From NCBI GenBank assembly GCA_039621445.1, contig CP154954.1, positions 682,001 through 746,000 on the forward strand: a DNA stretch of 64,000 bases. The letters run 5' to 3'. Every line of letters begins with the position of its first letter. Within the stretch, counting starts at the first letter, position 1. The DNA is from Euglena gracilis (lineage: Eukaryota). The notes below the pieces were generated by a model that was given only the letters and a program-made list of their open reading frames with translations, had not been told where the DNA came from and did no database searches. Shown here in pieces: positions 34,421 through 51,184 of this stretch. Made by a program: the position numbers and the translations under genes.

Positions 34421-37400
34421 ATGGTAAATGGTTGTAGAGTACGCTCTAATTTATTAGATTTGTGAATTAATTCTTAACTTTGGTTTTATTTATTACAAAT
34501 AAATAAATAATTTTTTTTGGTATGTTTATGTTAGATAAAAATTTTACTGATGATACAACGAAATAGTTTTCGCTCCTTTTTAAAAAAGGGTTTGGTAGAA
34601 GAGTTAAGAAAAATAAAAGATATAGCTCATGAAGGCTTTAGGATAAGCTTTCAAACAGATAATGTGAAATATAAAAAGCCTAAAATATCTGCTGAATTTG
34701 CATTGAAAAACGGGGAAACATACAGTTTATCTGTTCATATACCTGTTGAAGTTACCTATAATAATATGTTCCTTGTTAGGAGAGATTTTTATTATTTTTC
34801 CTATTAATTTTATAATATATTTTTCATTATAATAATAAGTTTTTTTTTAGCAAAAAAGAATTTATTATCTTATTAAATAAATATATATTATTTGCAAAAA
34901 TTCCTTTAATGACTGAAAAAGGTACGTTTATTTTTAACGGTAATAAAAGAATTATGGATGTGGTTTATATTATTACTTTTAATTTTTTATTAATTATATT
35001 TATAAGTTAATTTTTTTTTAATTTTTAGGTTTGAGTTTTTTTAATTCATTTTTAACCAAATTATTCGTAGTCCTGGCGTTTATTTTGAAAAAAATCGTTA
35101 TAATGATTCCATATTTGCGACGTTAATACCAACTTTTGGTAGTTGGTTAACTTTTAAAATTGATGTGCGTTTTTAAATGTTATTTAGTAATTTGGATTTT
35201 TAAATTATATTTTTACATTAAATTAAATTCTTTTTTAAAATTGAAAATTTTTTATATTTGGGTCAAGACGAGGGAATTTTCGTTAAAGTAGACAAAATAA
35301 AGACAGCTATACCTTTAATAAATTTTTTGAAATGCTTAGGCCTATCCCGAAAAAAATTTTTTTTGTATCTTAACGATCCTATTTTTATAGAAACGTTACA
35401 AGAAAGTGAGTCTTATGGTATTAGATTGGAATTTTTCGAATTTTATAAAATATTTTTTCCAAACGAAGTTAATGTTCGTTTTTTGAGATTTTTATATGTT
35501 TGATTTTATTATTTTATATTATTTTTATCTTTAATTAGATATTAATATTTTTTTTATTTTTTACGATGTTTTTTTATCTGAAAGGAAATGCCTGAAATTT
35601 TTTACGTTCAAAGTTTATGGATCTTGAGTTTATTCGTGTATTTTTTGTAATTTACAAAAGTTAAATTTTTTATAGATTATTTTAAAATTTTTTGATTTAT
35701 TATTTTATGCCAGCATTATTAGCCGAGATTAAACACGTAAATATGATTTGGGTGAAGTAGGTCGCTTTAGGGTTAATACTAAAATTTATAGATCCGAATT
35801 TTTTCAAAGTAATAGAACTTTGCAACCCGAAGATGTTTTGGGTATAGCTCATTATTTGATTGAGTTAAAGAAAGGTTGGGAAATAATGAAGAATAATAGT
35901 ATCTTTATTTGTTTGTTTATTTAAATTTATTAAAATTTTTATTTATTATAAAAATTTTTTAGCAATATTTTATTAATGATACCTTTTGATGAGATCGATG
36001 ATTTAAAAAACAAATTAGTACGTAGTATAGGTGAACTTCTTCAAAGTCAATTCCGAATTATTTTAAATGAATTAGAATCTAGTTTAAAAGAAAAATTGAT
36101 ATTTCTTTATAAAAATCCTTCTGAAAAAACTTTTAGATTATCTAGATTTTTTAATTCTTACTTTATAACTAATCGTATTCGAAAGTTTTTTTCTGTTAAT
36201 CCACTTTCTCAATTGTTAGATGATACAAATTCTTTGTCTGAGCTTACACATAAAAGGAAGTTAAGTCCCTTTGGTCCTAATGGTCTTAATAAAGAAAGAA
36301 CAAAGTTAGATGTAAGAGAAATAAATACTAGTCAATATGGAAGGGTTTGTCCTATTGAGACAAGTGAGGGAAAAAATGCTGGTTTGATTTTATCTTTAGC
36401 AAAAGATGTAAGAGTTGATAAGTATGGATTTTTAGAAAGCCCTTTTTATAAGGTTTTGAGAGGAAAGATAGAAACCAATAAAGGAATTTATTTTATTTCT
36501 TCTGCGCAGGAAAAATATTTTACAGTAGCTCCGTTTGATGTCTTTAGAAGTTCTCAAAGTAATCTTTTAGATAAAAATAAGCTTCTAGGTGTTAAAAGAA
36601 GTAAAATTTTTTCATATTCTTTCTCAAAAAATATTGATTTTATAAGTATTTCAACAGATCAATTTACTTCATTAGGTACAGGCTTAGTTCCTTTTTTGGA
36701 GCATAACGATGCTAATAGGGTTCTTATGGGTTCAAACATGCAACGACAATCTCTTATTTTATTGGAAAAGGAAGTTCCTTTTATAAAAACTGGACGCGAG
36801 GCTTTAATTAATCGAGAAAGTGATGCCACGGTTTTAGCAAAAAGTAGTGGAAAAGTAATTTATTCTAGTTTAAAAAAAATAGTTATTCAAGAGGAAGAAT
36901 ATTGTGCTAATATTGAATTTTTTAATAAAAATTATTCTTTTTTTAATTTATTGGGGTGCTTAAATGAAATATCTCAAAAAAATTTTAAACTTATTAAAAA
37001 AGTTAACCAAAAAATTTATTTTTTAGAGTCTCCTAAGAAATCGAATCACGGTGTTTATATTCAGAAAATTCCTATTGTTCATGAAGGTGAGTGGGTTAGA
37101 AAAGGACAAATTATAGCTGATGGTATGAGTACATTAAGAGGTGGCATTTGTTTAGGAAAAAATGTTTTGGTCGCGTACCTTGGATGGGAAGGTTATAATT
37201 TTGAAGATGCCGTAATTATTAGTGAAAGGCTTGTTTTTGAAGATATTTTTACTTCTATACATATGAAAAAATTTAAAACTTTTATTGTAAATGATGAAAA
37301 AAAAGGTGTGCGAATTTAAATTTAGTTAATTTTGAAAATTTAATTCTTAATTTTATTTTTCGTAAATTTTGGTATAAATATTATTTAGAGATATTTAATT

Positions 37401-38669
37401 ATAACTTTTATTTGTTTTTAAAATTATTAATTTTTTTTATAACTTTTTCAAAAATTTATATTTAGCTTTTTTTCATATTTCATTATTAATGAAAAATTAA
37501 ATTCAATTAAAATTTTTTGATTTAAATGAAAAATGTTTATTTTATTTAATAAAGCTAAATCTATTATTAGTTTAGATGTTTAGTTTGAAAACGAATATTA
37601 ATTTGTTAAGTTTTAAGAAAATATTAGTATGTTTATTCCTAATGCAAGTTTAAAAACTATTAAAAACTTGAAAAATAATGGTATTATTAAAATAGGTTCA
37701 GAGATTAAAGCACAGGATGTTTTAATTGGAAGAATTAAAGTTAAGTTAAAAAATACGCCAAAAAATAAAATGTTAATAGCATTTTTTGGCAATAAGGTAC
37801 GAAAAGACGTTTCTTTACGTTCTCCTCGCTCTTTGGTAGGTATTGTTACAAGTGTTGAGATTTTATGTAAAAAGTCGAATTGTTCTGTTCTTATTCATGT
37901 TGCCGAAAAACGCAGAATACAAATAGGTGATAAAATTGCAGGACGGCATGGTAATAAAGGTATAATTTCGAAAATTGTTCCGTCTATAGATATGCCTTTT
38001 CTTCCTGATGGTACACCTGTTGATATGATTTTAAATCCTCTAGGCATACCATCTAGAATGAATGTTGGTCAAGTCTTTGAAAGTTTGTTAAACTTGTCTT
38101 CTTTATTTTTGAAAGAAAGGTATAAAATTCAACCTTTTGATGAAGTCCAAACAAGTATGAATTCAAAATCTTTTGTGTATAAAAAATTAAATGAAGCGCG
38201 TAAAAGAACTAAAAAAGATTGGCTTTTTAATCCAAATTATCCAGGAAAAGCCTTTTTATATGATGGTAGAAATTGTAGGCCTTTTGATCACCCTGTAGCT
38301 TTTGGTTATGCGTATATTTTAAAATTAATACATATGGTTAAAGACAAAATTCATGCGAGAGTTACCGGCCCTTATTCTTCAGTAACTCAACAACCTTTAC
38401 GTGGAAAATCGAAAAATGGTGGACAAAGGTTTGGGGAAATGGAGGTTTGGGCTATAGAAGGATTTGGTGCTGCATATTTGTTGCAGGAGTTATTAACTAT
38501 TAAATCTGATGATGTATTAAATAGATCAGAAGCGTTATTTAGTTTAATAAATGGTACTTATTTTTCTAAGCCAAATATTCCCGAAGCTTTCAAGTTATTT
38601 ATTTTAGAAATGCAATCTTTATGTATTGATATTAAAATTTTTACAAATAATTATAAAAAATTCGATTAG
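34421..38669 (+). CDS. rpoB: RNA polymerase beta subunit, intron-split
   Basis: GRVCPIETSEG, HNDANRVLMGSNMQRQ, GDKIAGRHGNKG and GGQRFGEME motifs; several ~100-nt U-rich introns and a 309-nt GTGCG intron (37308-37616). Confidence 0.95.
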
Positions 38670-38752
38670 TTAAATTTTTGAGTTATTTTTTTTTTATGAA
38701 GTTTTTATGGTCAATTAAGACCTGATACTTATTTTTATTTATTTTTGTATTT

Positions 38753-42204
<3,452 letters not shown>

Positions 42205-42295
42205 ATACTTTAATTTTTTGTATGAGCTAAGTAGTTTTAAAGTTTATTATTTTATTGATTTATTTCAATAAGTTTGTTAAATTATTATTTTAATT

Positions 42296-45200
42296 ATGAA
42301 TTTCGGAAATATAGTATGTTTTAATAGAGTTTTTGATAAAAATGAAATTAGAAATTTAATTAGCTGGTTTTTGTCAAATTATGGTAGTATCCGAACAAAA
42401 GAGTTATTGGATAAAATGAAAAATTTTGGTTTTACCTATGCAACAACCACTGGATTATCATTAGGACTTGGAGATCTTAAAATTCCTTCTTCAAAAGCAA
42501 ATTTGGTTAAAAGTTCTGAAAAAATTTTATTTAAAACGAGAAATCGATATAAAAATGGTATGATAAATTTCATTAATGTTTTGGATGAAGAAAGGGATAT
42601 TTGGAATGTCGTTAATGAAAATTTGAAGAAAGAATCTATTAATAATTTGAGACAATCCGACTTTTTGAATCCTTTGTATTCTATGACTTTGTCAGGTGCA
42701 AGGGGTAGTATTACACAGGTGAAACAATTGATAGGTATGCGAGGACTAATGTCCGATTCTCAGGGTAATGTAATTCCTTTTCCAATAAAAACTAATTTTA
42801 AAGAAGGTTTAAATATTACTGAATATTTTGTTTCTTGTTACGGTGCTAGAAAAGGCTTAATTGATACTGCTTTAAAAACAGCTAATGCTGGGTATTTAAC
42901 TAGACGAATGATTTATACAGCACAAAACTTAATTGTAAAAAGGTCGGATTGTTTTACAAAATATAATACGTGCGTATTACTACAAAACCAAGATAAAGAA
43001 GAACTAAAGTTTTTGAAGGAAAAATTAATTGGTAGAGTATTAGCAAAAACTATTGTTAATGCCAAAACAGGTGATATTTTAGTTAGTGCTGGTCAAGATA
43101 TTTGTAATGTGTGGTTCGAGCTACAAAAATTTTAAAATTTAAGGAATGTGGCAAATTCTTTTATATTAATTTTTATCTAAGATTATTATACTTTAAAATT
43201 AGCGAAATTCTAATAATATACAGATCATTGTTATTAAACATAATTTCCTTTTTATTAGAATAAAAAAACAGGATTAAAATTTCAAAGTATTAAAAGTATT
43301 TGAAATAGTAATTTTATATGGTTTACAGAAAATTAAGAAACTAAAAAGCTTCAACTTTTTTTATAATATTTTATTACACTTTGTTATTGAAAATTAAGGG
43401 GGAGTTATATTAGGAGCCATTTTAAAACATACCTTTTATGTATAGTAGTTATGGTATAAACGAATTGAATTTTTATTTATAAGGATGGAATATGAAGCAA
43501 AAGGTCTGAACGATGTTATAAAAACGTTTAAAATACTCTATGAAAAGTAGTAGGTGTAATCACCGGCATATGCTGATATATTTCTTAAATATCATAAAAA
43601 GTTTATGATTTTTAGGTAGCCGAGTGAAAAAGAATTTTCATGCTCGGTTTCGAATGAGAAATATTTTTATTAAATATTAACTTTCAGTCTATACGTTTAA
43701 AAAAATTATTAATTTTCCCGAGGTTTATATTCGTACACCTTTTAATTGTGTATTAATGGAAGGCATATGCCAAATATGCTATGGTTGGAATTTAGCCTGT
43801 GGCAAAATGGTAGAACTTGGTGAATGTGTAGGAATTTTAGCTGCTCAATCAATAGGTGAGCCTGGTACGCAATTAACAATGCGAACTTTTCATACGGGTG
43901 GTGTTTTTTCTGCAAAGGCAAAAGAAGTTATAACATCTCCTTTAAATGGAAAAATATGGTACGATTTGAAGTGTGTATCGTTTTTAATTTTACAATATTT
44001 AATGGCAGAATTAAACTTTCTATTTTAGACTAATTGTCTTTGTTATTGTATTACAATTTTTATATTTATTACTTGTTATAGATAGTAACTTAAAGTTTTT
44101 TAAATTGATTTATATTGTAAGTTTATTTTTTTATAATTGAAATCAATTTTGCAGAATAGATAAACAAAATGTTGTTTATATTTTGTTACGTATTTTTTTA
44201 GTAAATAGAGTGAGAATAAATGGTTTTTCTAATAAAATTTATAATTTTAAACTTTATTTGATAAAACATGTTCTAAAAAACGATGTTTTAAAATAGAAGG
44301 AACGATTAAAATTAGTTTGGGGTTAGGGGATGTTTATTATTAGTATTTAAATTTATAGATCGCAATTATAAAATAAATATGAAGTATTAGCCATTAAATT
44401 AATCACAATTATAATTGAGTAGTCGTATGATATAATATATCAAGTATGACTTCGTAAAAGTGATTTTTATAGGTCAACTTTAACTACAGGGTTAAGAAGA
44501 GTTTATAATAAATTTAAGGAAAAAGCTTTTTTAACTTTGCAAGAAAAAAAAATTGTGATTTACGAAAATGACGTTAGTAAATCTATTATGTTTTTACCTT
44601 CTAGTACGCTTTTATATGTTAAGCCAGGAAGAAAAATATTTGATAAGCAAATAATAGGAGAATCTGTAAATTCTAACTTGAAAAATGACGTTTTTGGTAT
44701 TGAGGAAATTCGAGATGTTAAGGCAAAAATTTCTGGTCAAATCTTTTTCCCTCAAATTAATTCGAAGCAATTTGGAAAAATATTTTGGATAATAAGTTCT
44801 ATTATTATGAGTTTTACTTCTTTATTTTTTCATTTGACAAAGAAATTTTCTTTTAAAAATAAATTAATTTGTCCTACTACAAATGTTCATAAAAAAGAAT
44901 TATTTGTTAACAGGAAGAAAGAACTTTTTCCTCGTAAATTTGGTAAATTATTTATTAACATTAGGAACGTTAATAGTTTAGTTGATAAATCGAAAGTTTT
45001 AAAAAAAAGAAGTTCACATATTATTACATGTATACTTGATCAAGATAAGGTTATAATGCTTCGAAATCTTAAAAAACAAAAGCGTATTTTTGGTAATTTT
45101 AAAATTGGATGTTTTCTTAAAACGGGTCAAATAATTAGTAATTTTAAGCTTCTTCATTCTTCTCAAATAATACAAGAAAGAAAAGAGTTTTCGATTTTTC

Positions 45201-45883
45201 GAAAAGTAATGCCTTTTTCGACTAATGATGATACATTGATGAGAATAGAAGATAAACCTTTTATAAGAAAGAACCAATTATTATATCGCGTTAATTTTGT
45301 CCGAGAAAAAACTTATGATATAGTTCAAGGATTGCCTAAAGTAGAAAAATTGTTAGAAGCTCGAATGACTTCTTCGTTAAAAGAAATAATAAATAACCCT
45401 CATGATATATTGACGGAGTCTTTTTTTACTTTTTTAGATGATTATGAGAATCTTGTAGCTGCGCGAAAAAGTTTTGAGGTAATACAAAAATATTTAATAG
45501 ATGGTGTTCAGACTGTTTATAAATCTCAGGGTGTCAAAATAGCGGATAAACATATTGAACTTATTGTTAAACAAATAACGTCAAAAGTGATTGTTACTAA
45601 TCCAGGTGATTCTAGCTTTATGGTAGGGGATTTTTTAGATCTTAATTTAGTAGAGGTATTAAATAAAAGACTAGTAAATAGTATTGTTTATGAGCCTATA
45701 ATTATGGGATTGACTCGTTTTTCTCTATCTAGTCAAAGTTTTATAGCTCAAGCGAGTTTTCAAGAAACTACTAGAGTTTTAACAAAAGCTGCTTTACAAG
45801 GAAGAGCTGATTGGTTATCTGGGTTAAAAGAAAATTTAGTTTTAGGAAATATTATTCCCGCAGGTACTGGTTTTAAAAATTAA
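42296..45883 (+). CDS. rpoC2: RNA polymerase beta'' subunit, three exons
   Basis: [39 protein letters not shown] and [10 protein letters not shown] motifs. Confidence 0.96.
43109..43692 (+). other. Group II intron 1 of rpoC2
   Basis: GTGTG start; domain V-like AGCCGAGTGAAAAAGAATTTTCATGCTCGGTTT at ~43618; splicing restores the frame. Confidence 0.85.
43971..44484 (+). other. Group II intron 2 of rpoC2
   Basis: GTGTG start; domain V-like AGTCGTATGATAT...ATCAAGTATGACT at ~44421; ends in AC; splicing restores the frame. Confidence 0.85.
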
Positions 45884-45913
45884 TTAGCAAAATTTACTAT
45901 AATTTGAGTAACT

Positions 45914-45986
45914 GGGGGTATAGCTCAGTTGGTAGAGCGTCTGCCTTACAAGCAGAATGTCAGCGGTTCGAATCCGTTTGCCCTCA
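45914..45986 (+). tRNA. trnV: tRNA-Val(UAC)
   Basis: Cloverleaf; loop CTTACAA. Confidence 0.95.
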
Positions 45987-46002
45987 AAGGTTATTTACTT
46001 TA

Positions 46003-46074
46003 TCCTTAATAGCTCAGTGGTAGAGCAATCGGCTGTTAACCGATCGGTCGTAGGTTCGAATCCTACTTAAGGAG
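46003..46074 (+). tRNA. trnN: tRNA-Asn(GUU)
   Basis: Cloverleaf; loop CTGTTAA. Confidence 0.95.
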
Positions 46075-46077
46075 TAA

Positions 46078-46151
46078 GGGCTTGTAGCTCAGTGGACTAG
46101 AGCACGTGGCTACGAACTACGGAGTCAGGGGTTCGAATCCCTTCTTGCCCG
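46078..46151 (+). tRNA. trnR: tRNA-Arg(ACG)
   Basis: Cloverleaf; loop CTACGAA. Confidence 0.95.
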
Positions 46152-46196
46152 ATTGATTAGTAATTTCGTTATTTTTTATGATCATTTAATTTTTAA

Positions 46197-46280
46197 TACA
46201 GGCAGAGAGACTCGAACTCTCACATCATAAAGACACAGGAACCTAAATCCTGCGCGTCTACCAAATTCCGCCATGCCTGC
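46197..46280 (-). tRNA. trnL: tRNA-Leu(UAG)
   Basis: Long variable arm; anticodon TAG. Confidence 0.93.
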
Positions 46281-46351
46281 TTTATCAATATTAATAAATG
46301 TTAATATTGTTTTTTATTTATTTTAAAACGTGTTAAATAAATTTTGTTATT

Positions 46352-47000
46352 TTATATTCTACGTCTCTTGCTAGGTCGACATCCATTATGTGGTAAGGGA
46401 GTGACATCTCTTATGCAACTTATGCGTAGACCTAAACTTTGTACGCATTTTAAAGCTGTTTCTCGTCCGGTTCCAGGTCCACTAATGTTTATCTCAACTT
46501 TTTGAAGTCCTTGTTCTATAGCTTTCTTAACGGCAATTGCAGTAGTTGTCTTTGTAGCTAACGGTGTAGCCTTTTTCGAGCTTTTAAAACCGCATGCTCC
46601 TGAAGATGACCAAGCGATTACATTTCCTTTTGGATCACTTACCGAAACTAAGAATTTAATTAGATGTATTTTCTATTATTTAATATAAAGGAAAATTTTT
46701 TTAGTTTATGTGATGATTTTTTTTATAATTTAATTAATATAAAATCGCTTCATGTAGTTGTTTTTAAGATATTGATTTTTAAATGCTTTTTTTAAAGATA
46801 AAATTATAATAACTTTATTACATTATATTTTACCCATTTTTGATTGCATGTAAGTTTAATCCCATAATACGGACAACTCCTTATGGCAATTTTTTTGTTA
46901 TTTGTTTTTTTTTTTTTTTTTTTTATCATATATTTCTTTTTAGAACAAAATTTGCAAAAAGCATGATTTCCTTGAGTTTTTTTATTTCATTTTTTTTTAT
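46352..47000 (-). CDS. rps11: Ribosomal protein S11 (3' exon intact, 5' part corrupted)
   Basis: Mirror of 50126-50819. Confidence 0.8.
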
Positions 47001-47029
47001 TTTTTATCCCTATATAATTAGAAGACCCC

Positions 47030-48110
47030 GTGAATAGAATTCGATTACTAAAAGTTCATTAACTATTAACGATATCGTTTTTATTGATTAAACCAATAAT
47101 TTTTGCTTGTTTTTTTGTTAAGAGATAAATGTGGTGGTATTAATAGTTTCTTTTTTTTTGTATGTTTTCTGATACAGTACTTTTTTAGGTTTTATAATAC
47201 TTTTTGGTTGGCAAATACTTATATTGATAACTTTGTCATCTACCGTGACCTTTATTAGTTGTTGCAGCCATTATTGTAGGTGCAAAACCTATTCGATGTA
47301 CAATATTATCTAATCTCATTCCAAAAAAGTTAGCAAAAATCTTCCGGATGATCTTTTTTTTTCCTAGATTTTTTACATTAGAAGTTGTCTTTATTGTAGT
47401 TAAATCGCAGTTTTTGTTTTTTTTAATCTTATGTATTTTGATTTTTTTTTTCCTTAAAGGATGTTGCTGGTTGCCTGGGGATTTTTTCTTCTGTTTGTAA
47501 ACTTTTCTTACGAACTATTCGCAATCGTGGTCCTTTATATTTTGATTTTTATCTATATTTTTTGCTTTTTTTTTTCTGTTTGTTTTTGTTGTTAACATCT
47601 AATTGCGAGTTGTTGCCCGAGTGGTTAATGGGGGCGGATTGTAAATCCGCTAGTTCATCTTTCGCTGGTTCGAATCCGGACTTATTTTTCTATTAATCAG
47701 ACAGTTTTCGAGTTATTTTTTATATTTTATAGGTGGGTAGCCAAGTGGTAAGGCAAAGGACTGTGACTCCTTCATTCGCGGGTTCGATCCCCGTCATTCA
47801 CCATCTTAATTTTAGGCTCAGTAGCTCAGAGTAGCAGGGGATTCATAAGACCTTGGTCACAGGTTCAAGTCTGGTCTGAGCCAAACTGCGCTTTTAGTTC
47901 AAGTGGTAGAACGTAGGTCTCCAAAACCTGATGTAGTTCGACTCCACAGAGCGCGTTTTTTTTTCTTTATCTTAAATTGCCCCCATCTTAGTCCTAGGAC
48001 CTCCCTTTTGGGATTCGAATTCCCTGGGGTAATTTTCGGGTATAGCTCAGTTGGTAGAGCGTGGTCCTTCCAAGTCCAATGTCGCGTGTTCGAATCACGT
48101 TACCCGCTTT
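47030..48110. other. Deletion-riddled mirror copy of rps4 (-) and trnY/H/M/W/E/G (+)
   Basis: Collinear with the reverse complement of 48845-50099 but with many short deletions. Confidence 0.9.
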
Positions 48111-48844
48111 ATTTTGTTTATAGTTTTTTTTGTTTTATCCTTATGTGCGCTTATTTTTTTTTTTTTTGATTAAATTTCCTTACTTTCCGATCTTAGTTTT
48201 GTTTTCTTATCGAAAGTTTTTTTCTTTTTATGTTTTTTATTGGAACTTTTTGTTTCTTGTTTTTTCTGTTTTTAATTTTTTATTGTGTTTTTATATCCCA
48301 TTTTTTTTATTTCTTCATTTATTATTTTATTAATACATATTATTCTTTTTTCGTTTTTGGTTGTGGCTCGGATCCTATTTTTATTTAATCATTTTCCTTT
48401 GATCTTTTAAGTTAGCGTTTTGTTATGTACCGATTTTTTTCATTTTCCGGTTTTTCGGTCTCTTTTTTACTTTATTTTTCTTTTTTTCTTTTAGATATTC
48501 CTTTTTTCTTTTTCTTATAGTTTATTCTTCTGCTTAGTTTTTCCTTTTCCTTTTCTCGTTTTCTTTTTTATCCCTTTTTTTTTTCTTTTTTTTTTTGATC
48601 CCTCTTTTTTTTCCTTTGTTTTTCTTTTTCTGGTTTTTAATACGTTACAAATGTTTCTTTCTTACGTTTTTTTTTATTTTTTTCTTGTTCCTTTTTTTTT
48701 CGCTCTATATCAAAATTAGGTATAAAATTTATACTACTATTTTTACATAAAAATTTTTTGACTAAACTTTTAAAATGGATTAAATATATACAGATATAAT
48801 CCCATTTATTAAAATTAACTATTCTATAAAATAACAAAGTTAAA

Positions 48845-48917
48845 AGCGGGTAACGTGATTCGAACACGCGACATTGGACTTGGAAGGACCACGCTCTACC
48901 AACTGAGCTATACCCGC
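48845..48917 (-). tRNA. trnG: tRNA-Gly(UCC)
   Basis: Cloverleaf; loop CTTCCAA. Confidence 0.94.
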
Positions 48918-48923
48918 ATAAAT

Positions 48924-48995
48924 TACCCCAGGGGAATTCGAATCCCCGTTGCCTCCGTGAAAGGGAGATGTCCTAGGCCTCTAGACGATGGGGGC
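48924..48995 (-). tRNA. trnE: tRNA-Glu(UUC)
   Basis: Cloverleaf; loop CTTTCAC. Confidence 0.94.
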
Positions 48996-49022
48996 AAATT
49001 TAAGATAAAGAAAAAAAATAAA

Positions 49023-49095
49023 CGCGCTCTGTAGGATTCGAACCTACTACATCAGGTTTTGGAGACCTACGTTCTACCAATTGAACTAAAAGCGC
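49023..49095 (-). tRNA. trnW: tRNA-Trp(CCA)
   Basis: Cloverleaf; loop CTCCAAA. Confidence 0.94.
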
Positions 49096-49099
49096 AGTT

Positions 49100-49171
49100 T
49101 GGCTCAGACAAGATTTGAACCTGTGACCAAGGGCTTATGAATCCCCTGCTCTACCTCTGAGCTACTGAGCC
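49100..49171 (-). tRNA. trnM: tRNA-Met(CAU)
   Basis: Cloverleaf; loop TTCATAA. Confidence 0.9.
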
Positions 49172-49185
49172 TAAAAATTAATAGA

Positions 49186-49259
49186 TGGTGAATGACGGGG
49201 ATCGAACCCGCGAATGAAGGAGTCACAGTCCTTTGCCTTACCACTTGGCTACACCCACC
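49186..49259 (-). tRNA. trnH: tRNA-His(GUG)
   Basis: Cloverleaf; loop CTGTGAC. Confidence 0.93.
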
Positions 49260-49323
49260 TATAAAAAATATAATAAAAATTTATTATAACTCGAAAACTG
49301 TCTGATTAAATATAAAAATATTT

Positions 49324-49405
49324 TGAGTCGTGCTGGATTCGAACCAGCGAAAGATGAACTAGCGGATTTACAATCCGCCCCCATTAACCACTCGGGCAAC
49401 AACTC
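49324..49405 (-). tRNA. trnY: tRNA-Tyr(GUA)
   Basis: Long variable arm; loop TTGTAAA. Confidence 0.93.
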
Positions 49406-49481
49406 GCAATTAGATGTTAAACAACAAAAACAATTAACATAGAAAAAGTTATTTAAGATCAAAAAAAATATAGATAAAACT

Positions 49482-50099
49482 ATGTCAAGATATAGAGGAC
49501 CACGATTGCGAATAGTTCGTAGAATAGGAAAACTTCCAAGTCTTACAAATAAAACATCAAAGAAAAGAAAATCCCCAGGGCAACCAGCAACATCCTTTAA
49601 AAGGAAAAAAAAAATATCAAAATATAACATAAGATTAAAAGAAAAACAAAAACTGCGATTTAACTACGGAATAACCGAAAGACAACTTCTAAATTATGTA
49701 AAAAAATCTAGGAAAAAAAAAGGATCATCCGGAAGATTTTTGCTAACTTTTTTGGAAATGAGATTAGATAATATTGTACATCGAATAGGTTTTGCACCTA
49801 CAATAATGGCTGCAAAACAACTAATAAATCATGGTCACATTTGTGTAGATGACAAAGTTATCAATATACCTAGTTTTATTTGCCAACCAAAAAGTATTAT
49901 AAAACCTAAAAAAAGTACTGTATCAGAAAATGTCATACAAAAAAACATAGAATCTAAAGAATTACTATTAATACCACCACATTTATCTCTTAACAAAAAA
50001 AACTTAGAAGCAAAAATTATTGGTTTAATCAATAGAAAAGCGATATCGTTAATAGTTAATGAACTTTTAGTAATCGAATTCTATTCACGCAAGGTCTAA
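49482..50099 (+). CDS. rps4: Ribosomal protein S4
   Basis: MSRYRGPR...EKQKLRFNYG...LEMRLDNIV...IEFYSR. Confidence 0.98.
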   Translation: MSRYRGPRLRIVRRIGKLPSLTNKTSKKRKSPGQPATSFKRKKKISKYNIRLKEKQKLRFNYGITERQLLNYVKKSRKKKGSSGRFLLTFLEMRLDNIVHRIGFAPTIMAAKQLINHGHICVDDKVINIPSFICQPKSIIKPKKSTVSENVIQKNIESKELLLIPPHLSLNKKNLEAKIIGLINRKAISLIVNELLVIEFYSRKV

Positions 50100-50125
50100 T
50101 TATAAATTAATTTATAGGGAAAATT

Positions 50126-50819
50126 GTGAATAATATAAAAAATGAAATAAATATTAAAAACTCAAGGAAATCATGCTTTTTGCAAATTTTGTTCTTAAAA
50201 AGAAATATTTATTTATAAAAAAATGATAAAACAAAAAAAAAAAATAATCAAAATAACAAAAAAAAAATTTCCAAAAGGAATTGTCCATATTATGGGATTA
50301 AACTTACATGCAATCAAAAATTAATAGTATATAATGTAATATAAAGTTATTATAATTTTTATCTTTAAAAAAAAGCATTTAAAAATCAATATCTTAAAAA
50401 AACAACTTATAATAATGAAGCGATTTAATATTAAAAAAATTATACAAAAAATCATCACAATAAAACTAAAAAAAATTTTCCTTTATATTAAATAATAGAA
50501 AATACATCTAATTAAATTCTTAGTTTCGGTAAGTGATCCAAAAGGAAATGTAATCGCTTGGTCATCTTCAGGAGCATGCGGTTTTAAAAGCTCGAAAAAG
50601 GCTACACCGTTAGCTACAAAGACAACTACTGCAATTGCCGTTAAGAAAGCTATAGAACAAGGACTTCAAAAAGTTGAGATAAACATTAGTGGACCTGGAA
50701 CCGGACGAGAAACAGCTTTAAAATGCGTACAAAGTTTAGGTCTACGCATAAGTTGCATAAGAGATGTCACTCCCTTACCACATAATGGATGTCGACCTAG
50801 CAAGAGACGTAGAATATAA
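50126..50819 (+). CDS. rps11: Ribosomal protein S11, intron-containing (start approximate)
   Basis: 3' exon DPKGNVIAWSSSGACGFK...GPGTGRE...DVTPLPHNGCRP; upstream exon PKGIVHI. Confidence 0.88.
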
Positions 50820-50890
50820 AATAACAAAATTTATTTAACACGTTTTAAAATAAATAAAAAACAATATTAACATTTATTAATATTGATAAA

Positions 50891-50974
50891 GCAGGCATGG
50901 CGGAATTTGGTAGACGCGCAGGATTTAGGTTCCTGTGTCTTTATGATGTGAGAGTTCGAGTCTCTCTGCCTGTA
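50891..50974 (+). tRNA. trnL: tRNA-Leu(UAG)
   Basis: Mirror of 46197-46280. Confidence 0.93.
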
Positions 50975-51019
50975 TTAAAAATTAAATGATCATAAAAAAT
51001 AACGAAATTACTAATCAAT

Positions 51020-51093
51020 CGGGCAAGAAGGGATTCGAACCCCTGACTCCGTAGTTCGTAGCCACGTGCTCTAGTCCACTGAGCTACAAGCCC
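51020..51093 (-). tRNA. trnR: tRNA-Arg(ACG)
   Basis: Mirror copy. Confidence 0.94.
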
Positions 51094-51096
51094 TTA

Positions 51097-51168
51097 CTCC
51101 TTAAGTAGGATTCGAACCTACGACCGATCGGTTAACAGCCGATTGCTCTACCACTGAGCTATTAAGGA
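51097..51168 (-). tRNA. trnN: tRNA-Asn(GUU)
   Basis: Mirror copy. Confidence 0.94.
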
Positions 51169-51184
51169 TAAAGTAAATAACCTT

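Noticed and set aside
35590-35600. In-frame TGA in rpoB suggesting recoding or editing
   Set aside because: The mirror copy reads CGA, so it is most likely consensus error.
45014-45277. Antisense ORFs in rpoC2 and rps4, and F/K-rich ORFs at 46840-48867
   Set aside because: Opposite-strand shadows or products of low-complexity corrupted sequence.
47030-48110. rps4 and tRNA pseudogene cluster
   Set aside because: The deletion gradient toward the fold-back apex indicates basecalling failure rather than evolution.
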